Of a stretch of 64,000 bases of DNA, positions 1-9,990 are shown piece after piece. Where the stretch lies: the sequence record MW822008.1. One strand, given 5' to 3'. Made by a program: the position numbers and the translations under genes. The DNA comes from Escherichia phage BF17. Under the pieces are notes generated by a model, which saw nothing but the letters and a program-made list of their open reading frames with translations, did not search any database and had not been told where the DNA came from. Position 1 is the stretch's first letter, and every line of letters starts with the position of its first letter.

Positions 1-138
1 AAGTACTACACCGTGAATCTCATCAAGAATGGGTATAAATTCAATGGCACACATGAAGAAAATGCTGAAGCTGCAATGGCTTTGCAAATTGATTTGAATA
101 AAAACAACACAGTTGATAAAAATAAAGATCCTGAATAA
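1..138 (+). CDS. 3' end of a gene starting upstream of the window (partial), hypothetical protein
   Basis: Open frame from position 1 to TAA at 136-138; no start inside window. Confidence 0.3.
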   Translation, partial: KYYTVNLIKNGYKFNGTHEENAEAAMALQIDLNKNNTVDKNKDPE

Positions 139-357
139 ATGGAAAAATACGATATAATTTACGATTATTATGGTAAGGCTTATATGAAGTGTGGGCGTTA
201 TGTTGAACTCTCTAATAGAGAATCAATAGACCCCCACACTCTTATAACAATTCATAATTCGTACTATAAAAAAGTTACAATAGCTAATTTTGCAACATAC
301 GTAAATAATCCTTTATTTCCTTACATTATTCAGTACTACTGTAGAGTTATCAAATAA
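139..357 (+). CDS. hypothetical protein (72 aa)
   Basis: ORF track; ATG start directly after upstream stop; no recognisable motif. Confidence 0.4.
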   Translation: MEKYDIIYDYYGKAYMKCGRYVELSNRESIDPHTLITIHNSYYKKVTIANFATYVNNPLFPYIIQYYCRVIK

Positions 358-368
358 GGTAAAAAGAA

Positions 369-779
369 ATGTTAGCTGATGAATTTATGTCACTAAGTAT
401 CAAGATATTTGATATACTAGGTGATGAAACAGATTTCAATCTAAGCGACAAAGATATTCCATTGGAAGATGGTGGATACTTTTTTGCGATTGGAACTACG
501 TATAATCTGGATCTTTCAAAGCCTATCAGTGATGATAGTGATTATAATGCAACAACATATTTTGATTTCCAGCTTGATGGACATAAAGAGCGTTTACTAA
601 CGTACAGACGTAAAGGTAGTTTCAATAGAACCGAGATTACAATAATGGATTTTGAAAAACGCATTGAACTAGCTAAGAAACATCCATTCATCAGTACTCA
701 TACATTTAATAGACTAATCGATCTATTAGATAATTATCCATATACAATCCGAGGGTCGTTACGTTTAAATGCAGAATGA
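369..779 (+). CDS. hypothetical protein (136 aa)
   Basis: ORF track; ATG start; compact spacing with neighbours. Confidence 0.45.
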   Translation: MLADEFMSLSIKIFDILGDETDFNLSDKDIPLEDGGYFFAIGTTYNLDLSKPISDDSDYNATTYFDFQLDGHKERLLTYRRKGSFNRTEITIMDFEKRIELAKKHPFISTHTFNRLIDLLDNYPYTIRGSLRLNAE

Positions 780-954
780 AATCTTCAAAAAAGAATACGA
801 TGGTGAAAGTCTCTATGATATTCAAAGAGACGTACATGAAGCATTCGATTCAAGATTTAACCCATTAGCTGAACAAATCCCACAAGATGAGTTTGGTTTT
901 CAGGAAGGCACTTTCACAGTGACTATTACATGGAGTCCAGATGAGACTAGCTAA
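769..954 (+). CDS. hypothetical protein (61 aa)
   Basis: ORF track; ATG overlaps upstream stop (ATG..TGA coupling). Confidence 0.4.
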   Translation: MQNEIFKKEYDGESLYDIQRDVHEAFDSRFNPLAEQIPQDEFGFQEGTFTVTITWSPDETS

Positions 955-1057
955 ACTTGTCATAGGTTGTAGTGCACTTGCTGCATATATGCTTTTTTCC
1001 GCACCAACCAATGTATTACTGTTAATTTGGGCAGTTGTTATATTAGCAGTACTTTAA

Positions 1058-1080
1058 AGCACCCTAGTGGTGCTTTTTCT
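1058..1080 (+). terminator. intrinsic terminator
   Basis: Hairpin GCACC-ctagt-GGTGC followed by TTTTT. Confidence 0.55.
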
Positions 1081-1216
1081 ATTTGTGCAAATAAAAACCA
1101 ATGTGACTTTTCCTTGATATAGGTCAAGAGAAATAACCTGTTCTGACGCTATAATGTTGTCTGGTGATATTAAATATCTTCACCCCCAGATGATTTCAAA
1201 ATACAAGGAATGTACA

Positions 1217-3022
1217 ATGCAATTAGATAAATTATATACTGACGTAACGAATTTCCTCAATCAGAGCAATACTGATCTTACCAACGAAAATGCGAACAAA
1301 GATGCGAAATGCGTCAATACACACAGGGATTTACTTGCAGGTATCCTATCTAAGCATTATTCACAAGATGTTATTCCAAATGAGCTAATGCAGTGGCATA
1401 ATGATGGTTATGGTCATATTCATGATTTAGACTACTATATCAGCCCATTAACCAACTGTTGCTTAGTTAACTACCCAGATATGCTAAAAAATGGATTTAC
1501 CATTGGTTGTGCCAAAATTGAAGAACCAAAGAGTTTTAGTGTAGCATGTACAGTACTGACACAGATTGTACAAGCTGTAGCTAGTTCCCAATACGGCGGT
1601 CAATCGTTGGCTCACATTGATGTCGGTTTAGAACCTTACGTTCAAAAGTCATGGGATAAGCTGTTAGAAAAACAAAAGAAATATAATCTAAGTGATGAGT
1701 TCATTGAAGAAGAATTACGAAAAGAAGTATACGATGGATGTCAAACATTACTTTACCAGACTAATTCAATGATTAGCACTAATGGACAAGCTGCATTCAT
1801 TTCTCTTAGTTTAGGGCTTAATACTTCTAAATTTGGTAAATTAATCACTGAACAGTACTTAAAAGTTCATGAGAATGGTTTAGGTAAAGATAAGATTACT
1901 CCAGTGTTTCCTAAAGTAATTTTCTTTTTACAAGATGGTATAAACATGAATACCAATGATAGTAATTATGACCTTAAACAGTTAGCTATGCGTTGTGCAT
2001 CAAAACGAATCTACCCAGACTTTGTTTCAGTTCCATTAAATCACAAAGTGACGGGAAGTAGTAGTACTGCTGTAACACCGATGGGATGTCGTTCATTCTT
2101 AGGAAAATGGGAAGATTCAAATGGAAATGAACAATACAACGGTCGTTTCAATTTAGGTGTGGTTTCTATCAATTTACCTCTAATTGCTCTTGAGAGTGAT
2201 TCTGATGGAGAGTTTTTTGATAAGATAGACGAGCATATGAATATTGCATATCGTGCTCAGATGAACCGTGTGGAGCGTTTAAAAGGCACTAAAGCGAAGC
2301 AGAATCCAATTTTGTTCATGGAAGGTGCATTAGCACGTTTAGGTGCAGAAGAAACCATTGACAAGCTATTTTACAATGGTTATGCTAGTATTAGTATTGG
2401 TTATGTTGGTCTTGTTGAATGTTCAGAAATCCTCACTGGTTCTATCAGTAAGGAGTTTTGTATGTCAGTACTGAATTATATGAAAGTAAAATGTGATGAG
2501 TTCAAAAAAGAAAGTAATATTGCTTTTAGTCTATATGGAACTCCAGCAGAGTCGCTTTGTTATAAATTTGCACGTTGCATTGAAGCAAAATATCCTTCAG
2601 TACTAAAACGTGATTACATCACAAATTCCTTCCATCAACCAGTATGGGTAGAAAGTTCTCCATTTGATAAATGGAGTTATGAAGAAGGGTTTGCTTACCT
2701 AAGTAACGGTGGAAACATCAGTTATGTTGAATCTCCAAACTTAGCAAACAACATTCAAGCACTTGAAACATTAGTTAACTATGCGTACACTAAGATACCA
2801 TATTTTGGTATTAACCAACCAGTTGACCATTGTTATGAATGTGGCTTCCAGGGTGAGTTCAGTGTAGATAAACATGGTTTCCACTGTCCTGTATGTGATA
2901 ATCGTAATGAGAAGACAATCTCAGTGATTCGTCGTGTTTCTGGGTACTTGGGTAATCCTTCTTCGCGTGGCTTCAATAAAGGCAAGCAACAAGAGTGTTG
3001 TGAGCGTATTCAGCACAAATAA
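1217..3022 (+). CDS. nrdD: anaerobic ribonucleoside-triphosphate reductase (class III RNR) large subunit
   Basis: N-terminal NENANKD..RDLLAGILSKHY and DLDYY as in T4 NrdD; C-terminal glycyl-radical motif RVSGYLG and CxxC...CxxC zinc ribbon. Start moved to ATG 1217 (AAGGAA RBS 8 nt upstream); ORF track gives 1154. Confidence 0.9.
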   Translation: MQLDKLYTDVTNFLNQSNTDLTNENANKDAKCVNTHRDLLAGILSKHYSQDVIPNELMQWHNDGYGHIHDLDYYISPLTNCCLVNYPDMLKNGFTIGCAKIEEPKSFSVACTVLTQIVQAVASSQYGGQSLAHIDVGLEPYVQKSWDKLLEKQKKYNLSDEFIEEELRKEVYDGCQTLLYQTNSMISTNGQAAFISLSLGLNTSKFGKLITEQYLKVHENGLGKDKITPVFPKVIFFLQDGINMNTNDSNYDLKQLAMRCASKRIYPDFVSVPLNHKVTGSSSTAVTPMGCRSFLGKWEDSNGNEQYNGRFNLGVVSINLPLIALESDSDGEFFDKIDEHMNIAYRAQMNRVERLKGTKAKQNPILFMEGALARLGAEETIDKLFYNGYASISIGYVGLVECSEILTGSISKEFCMSVLNYMKVKCDEFKKESNIAFSLYGTPAESLCYKFARCIEAKYPSVLKRDYITNSFHQPVWVESSPFDKWSYEEGFAYLSNGGNISYVESPNLANNIQALETLVNYAYTKIPYFGINQPVDHCYECGFQGEFSVDKHGFHCPVCDNRNEKTISVIRRVSGYLGNPSSRGFNKGKQQECCERIQHK

Positions 3023-3030
3023 GGTAAATT

Positions 3031-3363
3031 ATGGATTTAAAGCCAATTGTGGTTAACAAATACAAAGAACCGTATGATGTGTATATTGGACGTGGGTCTA
3101 AATGGGGAAACCCATTTACCCATATTAAAGATAAACAAACCAAAGCCGAGTTCATTGTTAGTACAAGAGAAGAATCAATTGAAAAATTCAGAGAATACAT
3201 TATTGAACGTATTTCTTGTGGAGAAGTTAAGATTGATGAATTACTTGAACTCGCAGGGAAACGCCTTGGTTGTTTCTGTAAACCAAAATCATGTCACGGC
3301 GATGTTCTTGTCGAAATAGTGAGTGCAATATTAGATGAATTACCAGACGATAATCAAGGATGA
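3031..3363 (+). CDS. DUF4326-like conserved phage protein
   Basis: Motif YDVYIGRGSKWGNPF near N-terminus recalled as DUF4326 signature; wedged between nrdD and nrdG. Confidence 0.45.
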   Translation: MDLKPIVVNKYKEPYDVYIGRGSKWGNPFTHIKDKQTKAEFIVSTREESIEKFREYIIERISCGEVKIDELLELAGKRLGCFCKPKSCHGDVLVEIVSAILDELPDDNQG

Positions 3364-3805
3364 TTTAGTAAATGGAGAGGGCGTTCGCTGCTCTTTATTT
3401 GTTAGTGGGTGTTCGCACGGATGTGATGGTTGCTTCAATGAAGAAGCATGGGATTACAGAAGTGGTCAATTGTTCAGTACTGAAACAGTTGAGATTATAC
3501 TACAGGAACTAAAAAAACCATATGTTAGTGGTTTGTCACTTCTAGGCGGCGATCCATTAATGAAAAAGAATATAGATGAAGTTTTAAATCTATGCAAAGT
3601 AGTTAAAGAAACTTATCCTAGTAAAACTATTTGGTGCTGGAGTGGGTATACTTTAGATGAGATTATGAAAAATCATGCTAAAGATATACTTCAGTACTTA
3701 GATGTATTAGTTGATGGTAAGTTTATTGAGTCCGAAAAGAATTTAAAATTACCTTTCCGTGGTTCAAATAATCAAAGAATACTATATAAAAATAAAGATT
3801 TTTAG
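3335..3805 (+). CDS. nrdG: anaerobic RNR activating protein (radical SAM)
   Basis: N-terminus MNY...DLVNGEGVRCSLFVSGCSHGCDGCFN parallels T4 NrdG including the cysteine cluster. Confidence 0.85.
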   Translation: MNYQTIIKDDLVNGEGVRCSLFVSGCSHGCDGCFNEEAWDYRSGQLFSTETVEIILQELKKPYVSGLSLLGGDPLMKKNIDEVLNLCKVVKETYPSKTIWCWSGYTLDEIMKNHAKDILQYLDVLVDGKFIESEKNLKLPFRGSNNQRILYKNKDF

Positions 3806-3809
3806 CATA

Positions 3810-3831
3810 AGCACCCGTTGGGTGCTTTTTT
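3810..3831 (+). terminator. intrinsic terminator after nrdG
   Basis: Hairpin AGCACCC-gtt-GGGTGCT followed by TTTTTT. Confidence 0.65.
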
Positions 3832-3881
3832 ATTATGTATATAAATACATTAACTAATATCTAATTTATAAGGGATATATA

Positions 3882-6578
3882 ATGTCAAAGAAAATATATG
3901 GTGGCTTAGATGTCACACATAATGTGACAGTTAATGGTAAAAGAACAATTCAAGGAATAAATGAACAAGTTTTTGATTCCAACGGTAACTTGGAATTAGA
4001 TACTTATTCCAGAGATGAAGTACTAGATATAGTAAGTATGATGCCAATCTCCCATTATGGTTCACAAAACTATCTACCTGCGGGTGTTTCTGGGGATTTC
4101 AATGGTGCATCAGAAAACCAGTCACAACGTAGAAATAAAATTTTATTAGAAAACGATGGTACACTAGTACTTTTACGTAGTGGGACAAACGGTAGTGTTG
4201 AGGGATTATTTTATTCATATTTGGCTAACGCATTATCAGTTGATGACATGAGCCGTACAATTAACACTAGTCGTCAATACAAGCCTGGGTTTTTTGGTTC
4301 AAATAGAGTTGCGATTGGTTTATACAATACTGATCCAAATATTTTACTCGGTAGATATATTGATACTTCTAACAGTACTAATGGTTTGTTCATATCAATT
4401 ACCAATGGTACATTAGATGATAAATTGCATACTGGTTTTTTCGTTAACCAAGCAGATATATCACCTGAAGGTGGTATTGAATATGCTATGATGGCAGAAG
4501 ATGGTTCTATATATGTTTTTAACGTACTTAATGAAAATAACCAACTACAATTAGTTGTTGTAAAAGTTGTTTATAATATAAGCAATGGTACTTATACTGC
4601 AACTCGAATTACTGGATGGACTACTAAAACATTTTATAACACGACATATTCTGCACAAAATAATATGGTTATTACTAATCAGGTAACATCAACAAATATT
4701 GCTGATAAACCTTATGTGTATGTTCCACAAAATCTACGTGGTATTGGGATTTACATGACATCAATTGATTTATATGTTGCACAGCAGCCAGGAACGCAGA
4801 ATTTCCGCTTTAGAATGAACGGGGACGCTTGGTTTACAATGGCAACATATAATACACGTCCACAGCATAGTTACAGTTTTGTGTTCAATATGAGTACTAA
4901 ACAATGTACATTAGATGCGGGTAACGATATTGGTTCATATCAAGCACCATTAGTTATAACTAATACTGGTTCGGCATTAGTTCCTACTGGTAACGTTTTA
5001 AATAACGATCCATTGTATAACCATGCAAATGCAAGAAACATTTATAGTTCATATTTTTATTTGAATTCTGGTGAAGCTTTTTGTACTACATGTCCAAACT
5101 TAGCAGAACCATTACTTATGCAAAAAGCTAAGTTTCCTATTCAAATAGTTTATAGTATGCTGAATGTCCGTGCTGTACTTTCTACTGACTTCAAAGGTGG
5201 TATAGTTCGCCCGTCTTTTGGTTCAGCGGTTGGTTCATTTATTAATGGTGTAGAATTACTACCAGATAACAGTACTAAACAATATTCACGTGCATCAGGT
5301 AGTGGTGGATTTAGACCATCATATGCAGTTCATAAAAGTACTCCTAATTTTACATTTAAATCATTATCTTTAGGAACAATACAAGGTTATGAACCTACAG
5401 TTGAACGTGCTAATGTTGATGATAATGCAAATAATAGAATTTTTATTAGTAGTATTTCTGGGTCAACTGTCACAACCAATGGTGGTATTTTTATGGTTGG
5501 GCAACGTTATTCACAATCATTATCCTATGATAAAAACTTAAATGGCACAGGAATTATAAGCGTTACACAATCAGTACTGGACAATTTTAGAAATACTGAA
5601 TATGCCAAAGTTCTAAGTGATTGGAATTTATCAGCACAAGCATACCGTGATATGACACTATTTGTTCCACAACAAACAGACATTCCAGCTTTTGTTATGT
5701 TGAGTACAATTACTAATGATTATAGAAACTATATTAGAATTGCTGAAGTTAATGTCAATACTAGAGTTGGTAATATTACATCTATTACATTTAAGCGTTT
5801 AGTACTTGAGAATACGTATGGTGATAACTTTACACCAACTGGGAATGGTTCGATTGCATCTTCTTCTGTTGGTTTGACCATATATGATGGTGGTTCATTC
5901 TACTTCATTGGTGGTTCTGACCCATTATCACATCCAACAATAGGTAATACTGCAACTCATCAATTTAGAGCATATGTAACTAAATCAACTGCACAATTTA
6001 CAAGTTTTATAATTACTGGATCTCATGCCAGTTATGAACAAGGAAGTCAACCAGCAGCATTACCTGGTATTGGTTTTGGAATTTTTGAACCAATGGATTA
6101 CTCAAATAAAATGACATTCAAAAAATATGGAACAACGATTGCAGACTATAATAACTGGACTGCACAAGGTAGCCCAATTAACGTAGTATCCCAGGACGTT
6201 GCTCAAGGGTTTATTGTATATTTTACAGAGGAAACACCAGTTATTCTTTCAGGTAAGTCATTTTCACTACCAGTTTCAAATATTGATTTGAGAACTATTA
6301 AGTCTAATCCAGCAAATACAACATTTTATGTATATGTTAAATTGGAACAAGGATTGGCAAACTATTACATAACTACTGATGTTATTTCTGAAACAGGGAC
6401 AACTGCATATAATATTTTTTGGATAGGTACAATTCAAACTAATGCAATTCAAATCGAAACAATTAATATACAAAAACGTTCCCGTTTAGATATATTTGGT
6501 GCTTCACTTGAATCAGCAGGTTCATCGTTCCCAGTTAGCTACGGTCTACCATCACAAACAGGAACCATAAACTGGTAA
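3882..6578 (+). CDS. large fibre-like protein, paralog 1 of 3 (putative tail fibre/receptor-binding protein)
   Basis: 898 aa; shares N-terminal (PISHYG..LVLLRSGTNGS) and C-terminal (VVSQDVAQGF..KSNPANTTFY...SSFPVSYGLPSQTGTINW) modules with 7194-9923; function inferred. Confidence 0.5.
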   Translation: MSKKIYGGLDVTHNVTVNGKRTIQGINEQVFDSNGNLELDTYSRDEVLDIVSMMPISHYGSQNYLPAGVSGDFNGASENQSQRRNKILLENDGTLVLLRSGTNGSVEGLFYSYLANALSVDDMSRTINTSRQYKPGFFGSNRVAIGLYNTDPNILLGRYIDTSNSTNGLFISITNGTLDDKLHTGFFVNQADISPEGGIEYAMMAEDGSIYVFNVLNENNQLQLVVVKVVYNISNGTYTATRITGWTTKTFYNTTYSAQNNMVITNQVTSTNIADKPYVYVPQNLRGIGIYMTSIDLYVAQQPGTQNFRFRMNGDAWFTMATYNTRPQHSYSFVFNMSTKQCTLDAGNDIGSYQAPLVITNTGSALVPTGNVLNNDPLYNHANARNIYSSYFYLNSGEAFCTTCPNLAEPLLMQKAKFPIQIVYSMLNVRAVLSTDFKGGIVRPSFGSAVGSFINGVELLPDNSTKQYSRASGSGGFRPSYAVHKSTPNFTFKSLSLGTIQGYEPTVERANVDDNANNRIFISSISGSTVTTNGGIFMVGQRYSQSLSYDKNLNGTGIISVTQSVLDNFRNTEYAKVLSDWNLSAQAYRDMTLFVPQQTDIPAFVMLSTITNDYRNYIRIAEVNVNTRVGNITSITFKRLVLENTYGDNFTPTGNGSIASSSVGLTIYDGGSFYFIGGSDPLSHPTIGNTATHQFRAYVTKSTAQFTSFIITGSHASYEQGSQPAALPGIGFGIFEPMDYSNKMTFKKYGTTIADYNNWTAQGSPINVVSQDVAQGFIVYFTEETPVILSGKSFSLPVSNIDLRTIKSNPANTTFYVYVKLEQGLANYYITTDVISETGTTAYNIFWIGTIQTNAIQIETINIQKRSRLDIFGASLESAGSSFPVSYGLPSQTGTINW

Positions 6579-6589
6579 AGGATTACATA

Positions 6590-7177
6590 ATGGCATATAA
6601 AATAAGAGCAGACCTTAAGGCAATGCAACAAGTTACAGTTCAGGGTAAAAGTACTGGTCTTGGTGTATTAGGTAATAATATGACTTATTACCCAACAAAT
6701 TCAAATGGGGAATGTACATTCCCCTCTATTACCAAAGATGAAGTTAACTTTATTGTCAATGGATTACCACTTACACAATACGGAGAATTGTATGATGACG
6801 CTAGTCTAAATATTACTTCATCAGGCTATAGTCTTACATTTAATAGACAGATACCATCATTTATTGGTGGTTATCTTTATAAATTTCCAGCAGTTTCTAT
6901 TTTTGCTTCAACTGTTTCATCTGGAACACAAACACAATACGTATATGCAACGTTAGTTCTCGGTGAACCAATTTATAAAATATCACCAACACAAATACAA
7001 GAATCTGAAATTATAATGTTTATTGGAACACTGACCGTTGGTACAAGTGGTATTACAAATATAAACATTAATAAAGTATCCAGATTTAGTACATATAGAC
7101 CTAGTGTTACACAAAAAGGTTCTTCATTCCCAGTCAGTACTGGAAAACCATCAGAAACTGGTACAATTGGTTGGTAA
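6590..7177 (+). CDS. short paralog (195 aa) carrying only the shared N- and C-terminal modules of the flanking fibre-like proteins
   Basis: C-terminus ...SSFPVSTGKPSETGTIGW matches the C-terminal motif of both neighbours; N-terminus MxYKI...VTVQGK resembles theirs. Confidence 0.5.
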   Translation: MAYKIRADLKAMQQVTVQGKSTGLGVLGNNMTYYPTNSNGECTFPSITKDEVNFIVNGLPLTQYGELYDDASLNITSSGYSLTFNRQIPSFIGGYLYKFPAVSIFASTVSSGTQTQYVYATLVLGEPIYKISPTQIQESEIIMFIGTLTVGTSGITNININKVSRFSTYRPSVTQKGSSFPVSTGKPSETGTIGW

Positions 7178-7193
7178 ATTAAGGAAAAGAAAG

Positions 7194-9923
7194 ATGTCAT
7201 CAAAACGAATTATAGGAAGTGCCGAGATCCTTGGGAACTTGGCAATTGGACAAAGGTACGCTATGCGTACTTTTAATGGAACCTCACCGAATGCCAATAC
7301 TGGAATTGTTCAATATCCAATATATAAGCGTTCAGAAGTTCAAAGTATTTTAGATATGTTGCCTATATCACGTGTAGGAGAAATGGATTACTTACCATTA
7401 AACGTAAGTGGGTCGTATGAAGGTGCTACACCTATGTCAAGTGACCAAGTAGTTCAGCCAACAATTATTGAAGATGATGGAACCGCCGTTGTTCTGCGTA
7501 GCGGAACCAATGGTAGTACTAAAGGTTTTTATTATTCATTTATACGAGAACTCCGAAATATAACTATGATTTCACAAGAAAGTGTTATTTCAACCAATTC
7601 AATGTATAAACCTTCAATTATGAGTAGTACTGAAAATATTAAGTATTTTATTGGCTCTAATGGTTATGAGATGCTTGGATGTTTAAGTACTGAAGATAAT
7701 TATATTTTTACTATAACCAATGGCACATTTAACGAAATATCACATATTCATGCTAAAGTGCCAAGTACTTCTTTTGGTAATGATATGCCAATATATACAC
7801 ATATTGTTGGGACAAAGGTTTATATTTGGTGTAAAGATAAAAGTGTTTCTAATTTAGGATTAGCACTTTCAATTTATACAGTAGAGCTAAGTGATGTGAA
7901 AGCAAGCTCAATGGCATCATTAACAAAAGTTACTGGGTTATCAGGTCAAACTGTTCGAAACACAAGTTATTCTGCATCTAATAACATAAGAGTGTTCGAT
8001 AAATTATATAGTGTTGGTACTAGCTCGGATTCATTATTCGAAGTTACATCACCAGTATCACGTGTAGAATTTTCAGACTATACAGACTTTAACATTCAAG
8101 CCAACGTTAGTCCTGATTTATCAAAAATACGTGTAACTTTATATCCAACACATCGAATGGTTACACCTTTGTATATTTCAACAGTTTATGGTACTGGAAT
8201 AAGTTTTGTTTATAATATAAACTCAAAATCTATGTCACTAGATGGTAGTGCTCGTGCACCTGCAACTGTTTCATATAATAATGGATTTCAAGTTTCTAAC
8301 CCATTTGAAATTAATATGGTCAACTTCACAGGGACAACTGCTGCTGGTGTATTAGGAAACGCAGGTGGTTTATGTCAAACTAAAGATGGTTTGGTATTTG
8401 CATCTAAATTTAGATGGAGTTCAACTGAATTTTATGGTCTACAACGATATAAGGTTAGTGGTACACCGTTTGATTCATGGGTTGCCAGTACTAGAACCGC
8501 AAGTAACGTTATAAATGCAAACGTTTTACCAGTTTTTGGTAGTGCTGTTGGTGCAAACCTTTTAGGTGTACGTTTCATCGATAATAGAAAAATATTATTA
8601 GCATGTTCTGGTACGTATGATGATGTAACATATAATTATAATAATACTGTTTTTTCTGAAATAGGTTCACAACCAACATATCAATATAACTCAGTTCAAA
8701 ATAATACTACATTAAATGGTTTTGCACCACAATCTAATCGTAAACAAATAGGCGATGATTTTACATACACTGCTATGATTTCTCTTGTTGATACCGATGG
8801 TAGTGTTAGATGCTATGGAACATCATTCATTGAAGGTGTATATAAAACAAGTGGTGGATTATTAAACCCAGATACTTTAGAATTTGATGAAACATATACA
8901 ATAGAACCAACGGTATTAGAATCATTAAAACAAGATATTTTTGCTAATATAGGAAACTCTGGCATTGTTGGCACACTATCTGGACAAATTGTATTATATT
9001 ATGTACCTGATAATACTTTTTCTAAATCCATCGCAGTAGTTTCAGCATATAATCTTAACAATAACCAAGGTTATGCAATCTATGCCGAAGTTGATGTTGT
9101 ATTATCTGGAACTAACATAACTTCAGCTACATTGGTGAGTACTAGATATGAGACACTTAGTTCTGTTACAGGAATTATTACTGAAGCATATATGAAACGT
9201 TGTACTGGTCTAACAGTTGCAAAATATTCAGGATTTGGTTACATTGGTGTTGATGCTGTTCATCAATTTTCACAACCAGGTAATGCACAATTTAAGATGA
9301 TGATAGCTAAAACAGTAGATGGTGTCATAACATCAAATCGTTTTTTATCATCTAGTTACATCCAACTTGGTGCAGCATATCAACATGGTGTTATTCCTGG
9401 TGTTGGTTTTGGATATTACAATTTTCAAGATTCTGACTATCAAACCAAATCTGTATTCAGCGTTTTTGGTACAACATCTGCTGAAATGGATGGTTTAATT
9501 AGTGGAAATGGTAGCGTTAAAGAAAAGATTGTGGTAGTATCACAAGACGTTGCACAAGGATTCTCAGTGTACTTTACACGTGAAGTTCCGGTGTTTTTAG
9601 GTGGAATTTTCGACAGACTACCTATACAAAGTGTTGATTTAAGTACTGTAAAAAGTAACCCAGCTAATACTACGTTCTATTTGTATATACAAATGAACAG
9701 GAATACTAAGAAAGCGTCATATGTTATTAGTACTGAAACAATTGATGAATCTTTAACTAGCACTTACATTGGTAAGATAGTTACTGGAACTTCAGGAATA
9801 ACTTCAATTGATACAGAAAAAGTAACTCGTTTTTTGACATATCGTCCAAGTACAACGAAACGTGGTTCAGCGATACCTGCCAGTACTGGTGTACCATCAG
9901 GTCCAGGTACACGTTGGAAATAA
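7194..9923 (+). CDS. large fibre-like protein, paralog 3 of 3 (putative tail fibre/receptor-binding protein)
   Basis: Start set to ATG 7194 (AAGGAAAAG RBS); ORF track start 7104 is an in-frame non-ATG extension. Shared N- and C-terminal blocks with 3882-6578. Confidence 0.5.
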   Translation: MSSKRIIGSAEILGNLAIGQRYAMRTFNGTSPNANTGIVQYPIYKRSEVQSILDMLPISRVGEMDYLPLNVSGSYEGATPMSSDQVVQPTIIEDDGTAVVLRSGTNGSTKGFYYSFIRELRNITMISQESVISTNSMYKPSIMSSTENIKYFIGSNGYEMLGCLSTEDNYIFTITNGTFNEISHIHAKVPSTSFGNDMPIYTHIVGTKVYIWCKDKSVSNLGLALSIYTVELSDVKASSMASLTKVTGLSGQTVRNTSYSASNNIRVFDKLYSVGTSSDSLFEVTSPVSRVEFSDYTDFNIQANVSPDLSKIRVTLYPTHRMVTPLYISTVYGTGISFVYNINSKSMSLDGSARAPATVSYNNGFQVSNPFEINMVNFTGTTAAGVLGNAGGLCQTKDGLVFASKFRWSSTEFYGLQRYKVSGTPFDSWVASTRTASNVINANVLPVFGSAVGANLLGVRFIDNRKILLACSGTYDDVTYNYNNTVFSEIGSQPTYQYNSVQNNTTLNGFAPQSNRKQIGDDFTYTAMISLVDTDGSVRCYGTSFIEGVYKTSGGLLNPDTLEFDETYTIEPTVLESLKQDIFANIGNSGIVGTLSGQIVLYYVPDNTFSKSIAVVSAYNLNNNQGYAIYAEVDVVLSGTNITSATLVSTRYETLSSVTGIITEAYMKRCTGLTVAKYSGFGYIGVDAVHQFSQPGNAQFKMMIAKTVDGVITSNRFLSSSYIQLGAAYQHGVIPGVGFGYYNFQDSDYQTKSVFSVFGTTSAEMDGLISGNGSVKEKIVVVSQDVAQGFSVYFTREVPVFLGGIFDRLPIQSVDLSTVKSNPANTTFYLYIQMNRNTKKASYVISTETIDESLTSTYIGKIVTGTSGITSIDTEKVTRFLTYRPSTTKRGSAIPASTGVPSGPGTRWK

Positions 9924-9929
9924 ATTTAA

Positions 9930-9957
9930 AGCTCGTCTATTGACGGGCTTTTCTTTT
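9930..9957 (+). terminator. intrinsic terminator
   Basis: Hairpin AGCTCGTC-tatt-GACGGGCT followed by T-rich run. Confidence 0.55.
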
Positions 9958-9968
9958 ATGTGTATAAT
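9940..9968 (+). promoter_or_regulatory. sigma70-type promoter overlapping the terminator hairpin
   Basis: TTGACG (9940-9945), 17-nt spacer, TATAAT (9963-9968); about 22 nt upstream of the 9991 start. Confidence 0.45.
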
Positions 9969-9990
9969 TGAATAAAAATAGGAGGAAATT

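Noticed and set aside
989-1057. Tiny hydrophobic ORF (about 22 aa, MLFSAPTNVLLLIWAVVILAVL) upstream of nrdD
   Set aside because: Too short, no RBS, and the hydrophobicity could be a by-product of T-rich sequence ahead of the terminator; kept only as a note.
1217-3022. Group I intron or homing endonuclease inside nrdD (as in T4)
   Set aside because: The nrdD reading frame is continuous from the N-terminal conserved block to the glycyl-radical motif with no non-coding interruption.
3047-3319. Alternative-frame or antisense ORFs nested in annotated genes (3047-3319, 2973-3200, 6276-6473, 6973-7203, 35055-35357, 35543-36001, 41684-41932, 46349-46534, 49194-49382 and similar)
   Set aside because: Each is nested within or antisense to a longer ORF with clear homology or better start context; typical spurious ORFs in AT-rich DNA.
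3838-3845. T4-type late promoter TATAAATA upstream of the first fibre-like gene
   Set aside because: Exact octamer seen only here; upstream regions of the sheath, tube and long-fibre genes carry only degenerate versions, so a T4-like late-promoter system cannot be claimed from this window.
7104-7193. Upstream extension of the third fibre-like paralog overlapping the 6590-7177 gene
   Set aside because: Extension uses a non-ATG start and overlaps the upstream gene; ATG 7194 has an AAGGAAAAG RBS and gives an N-terminus (MSSKRIIG) analogous to the paralogs.
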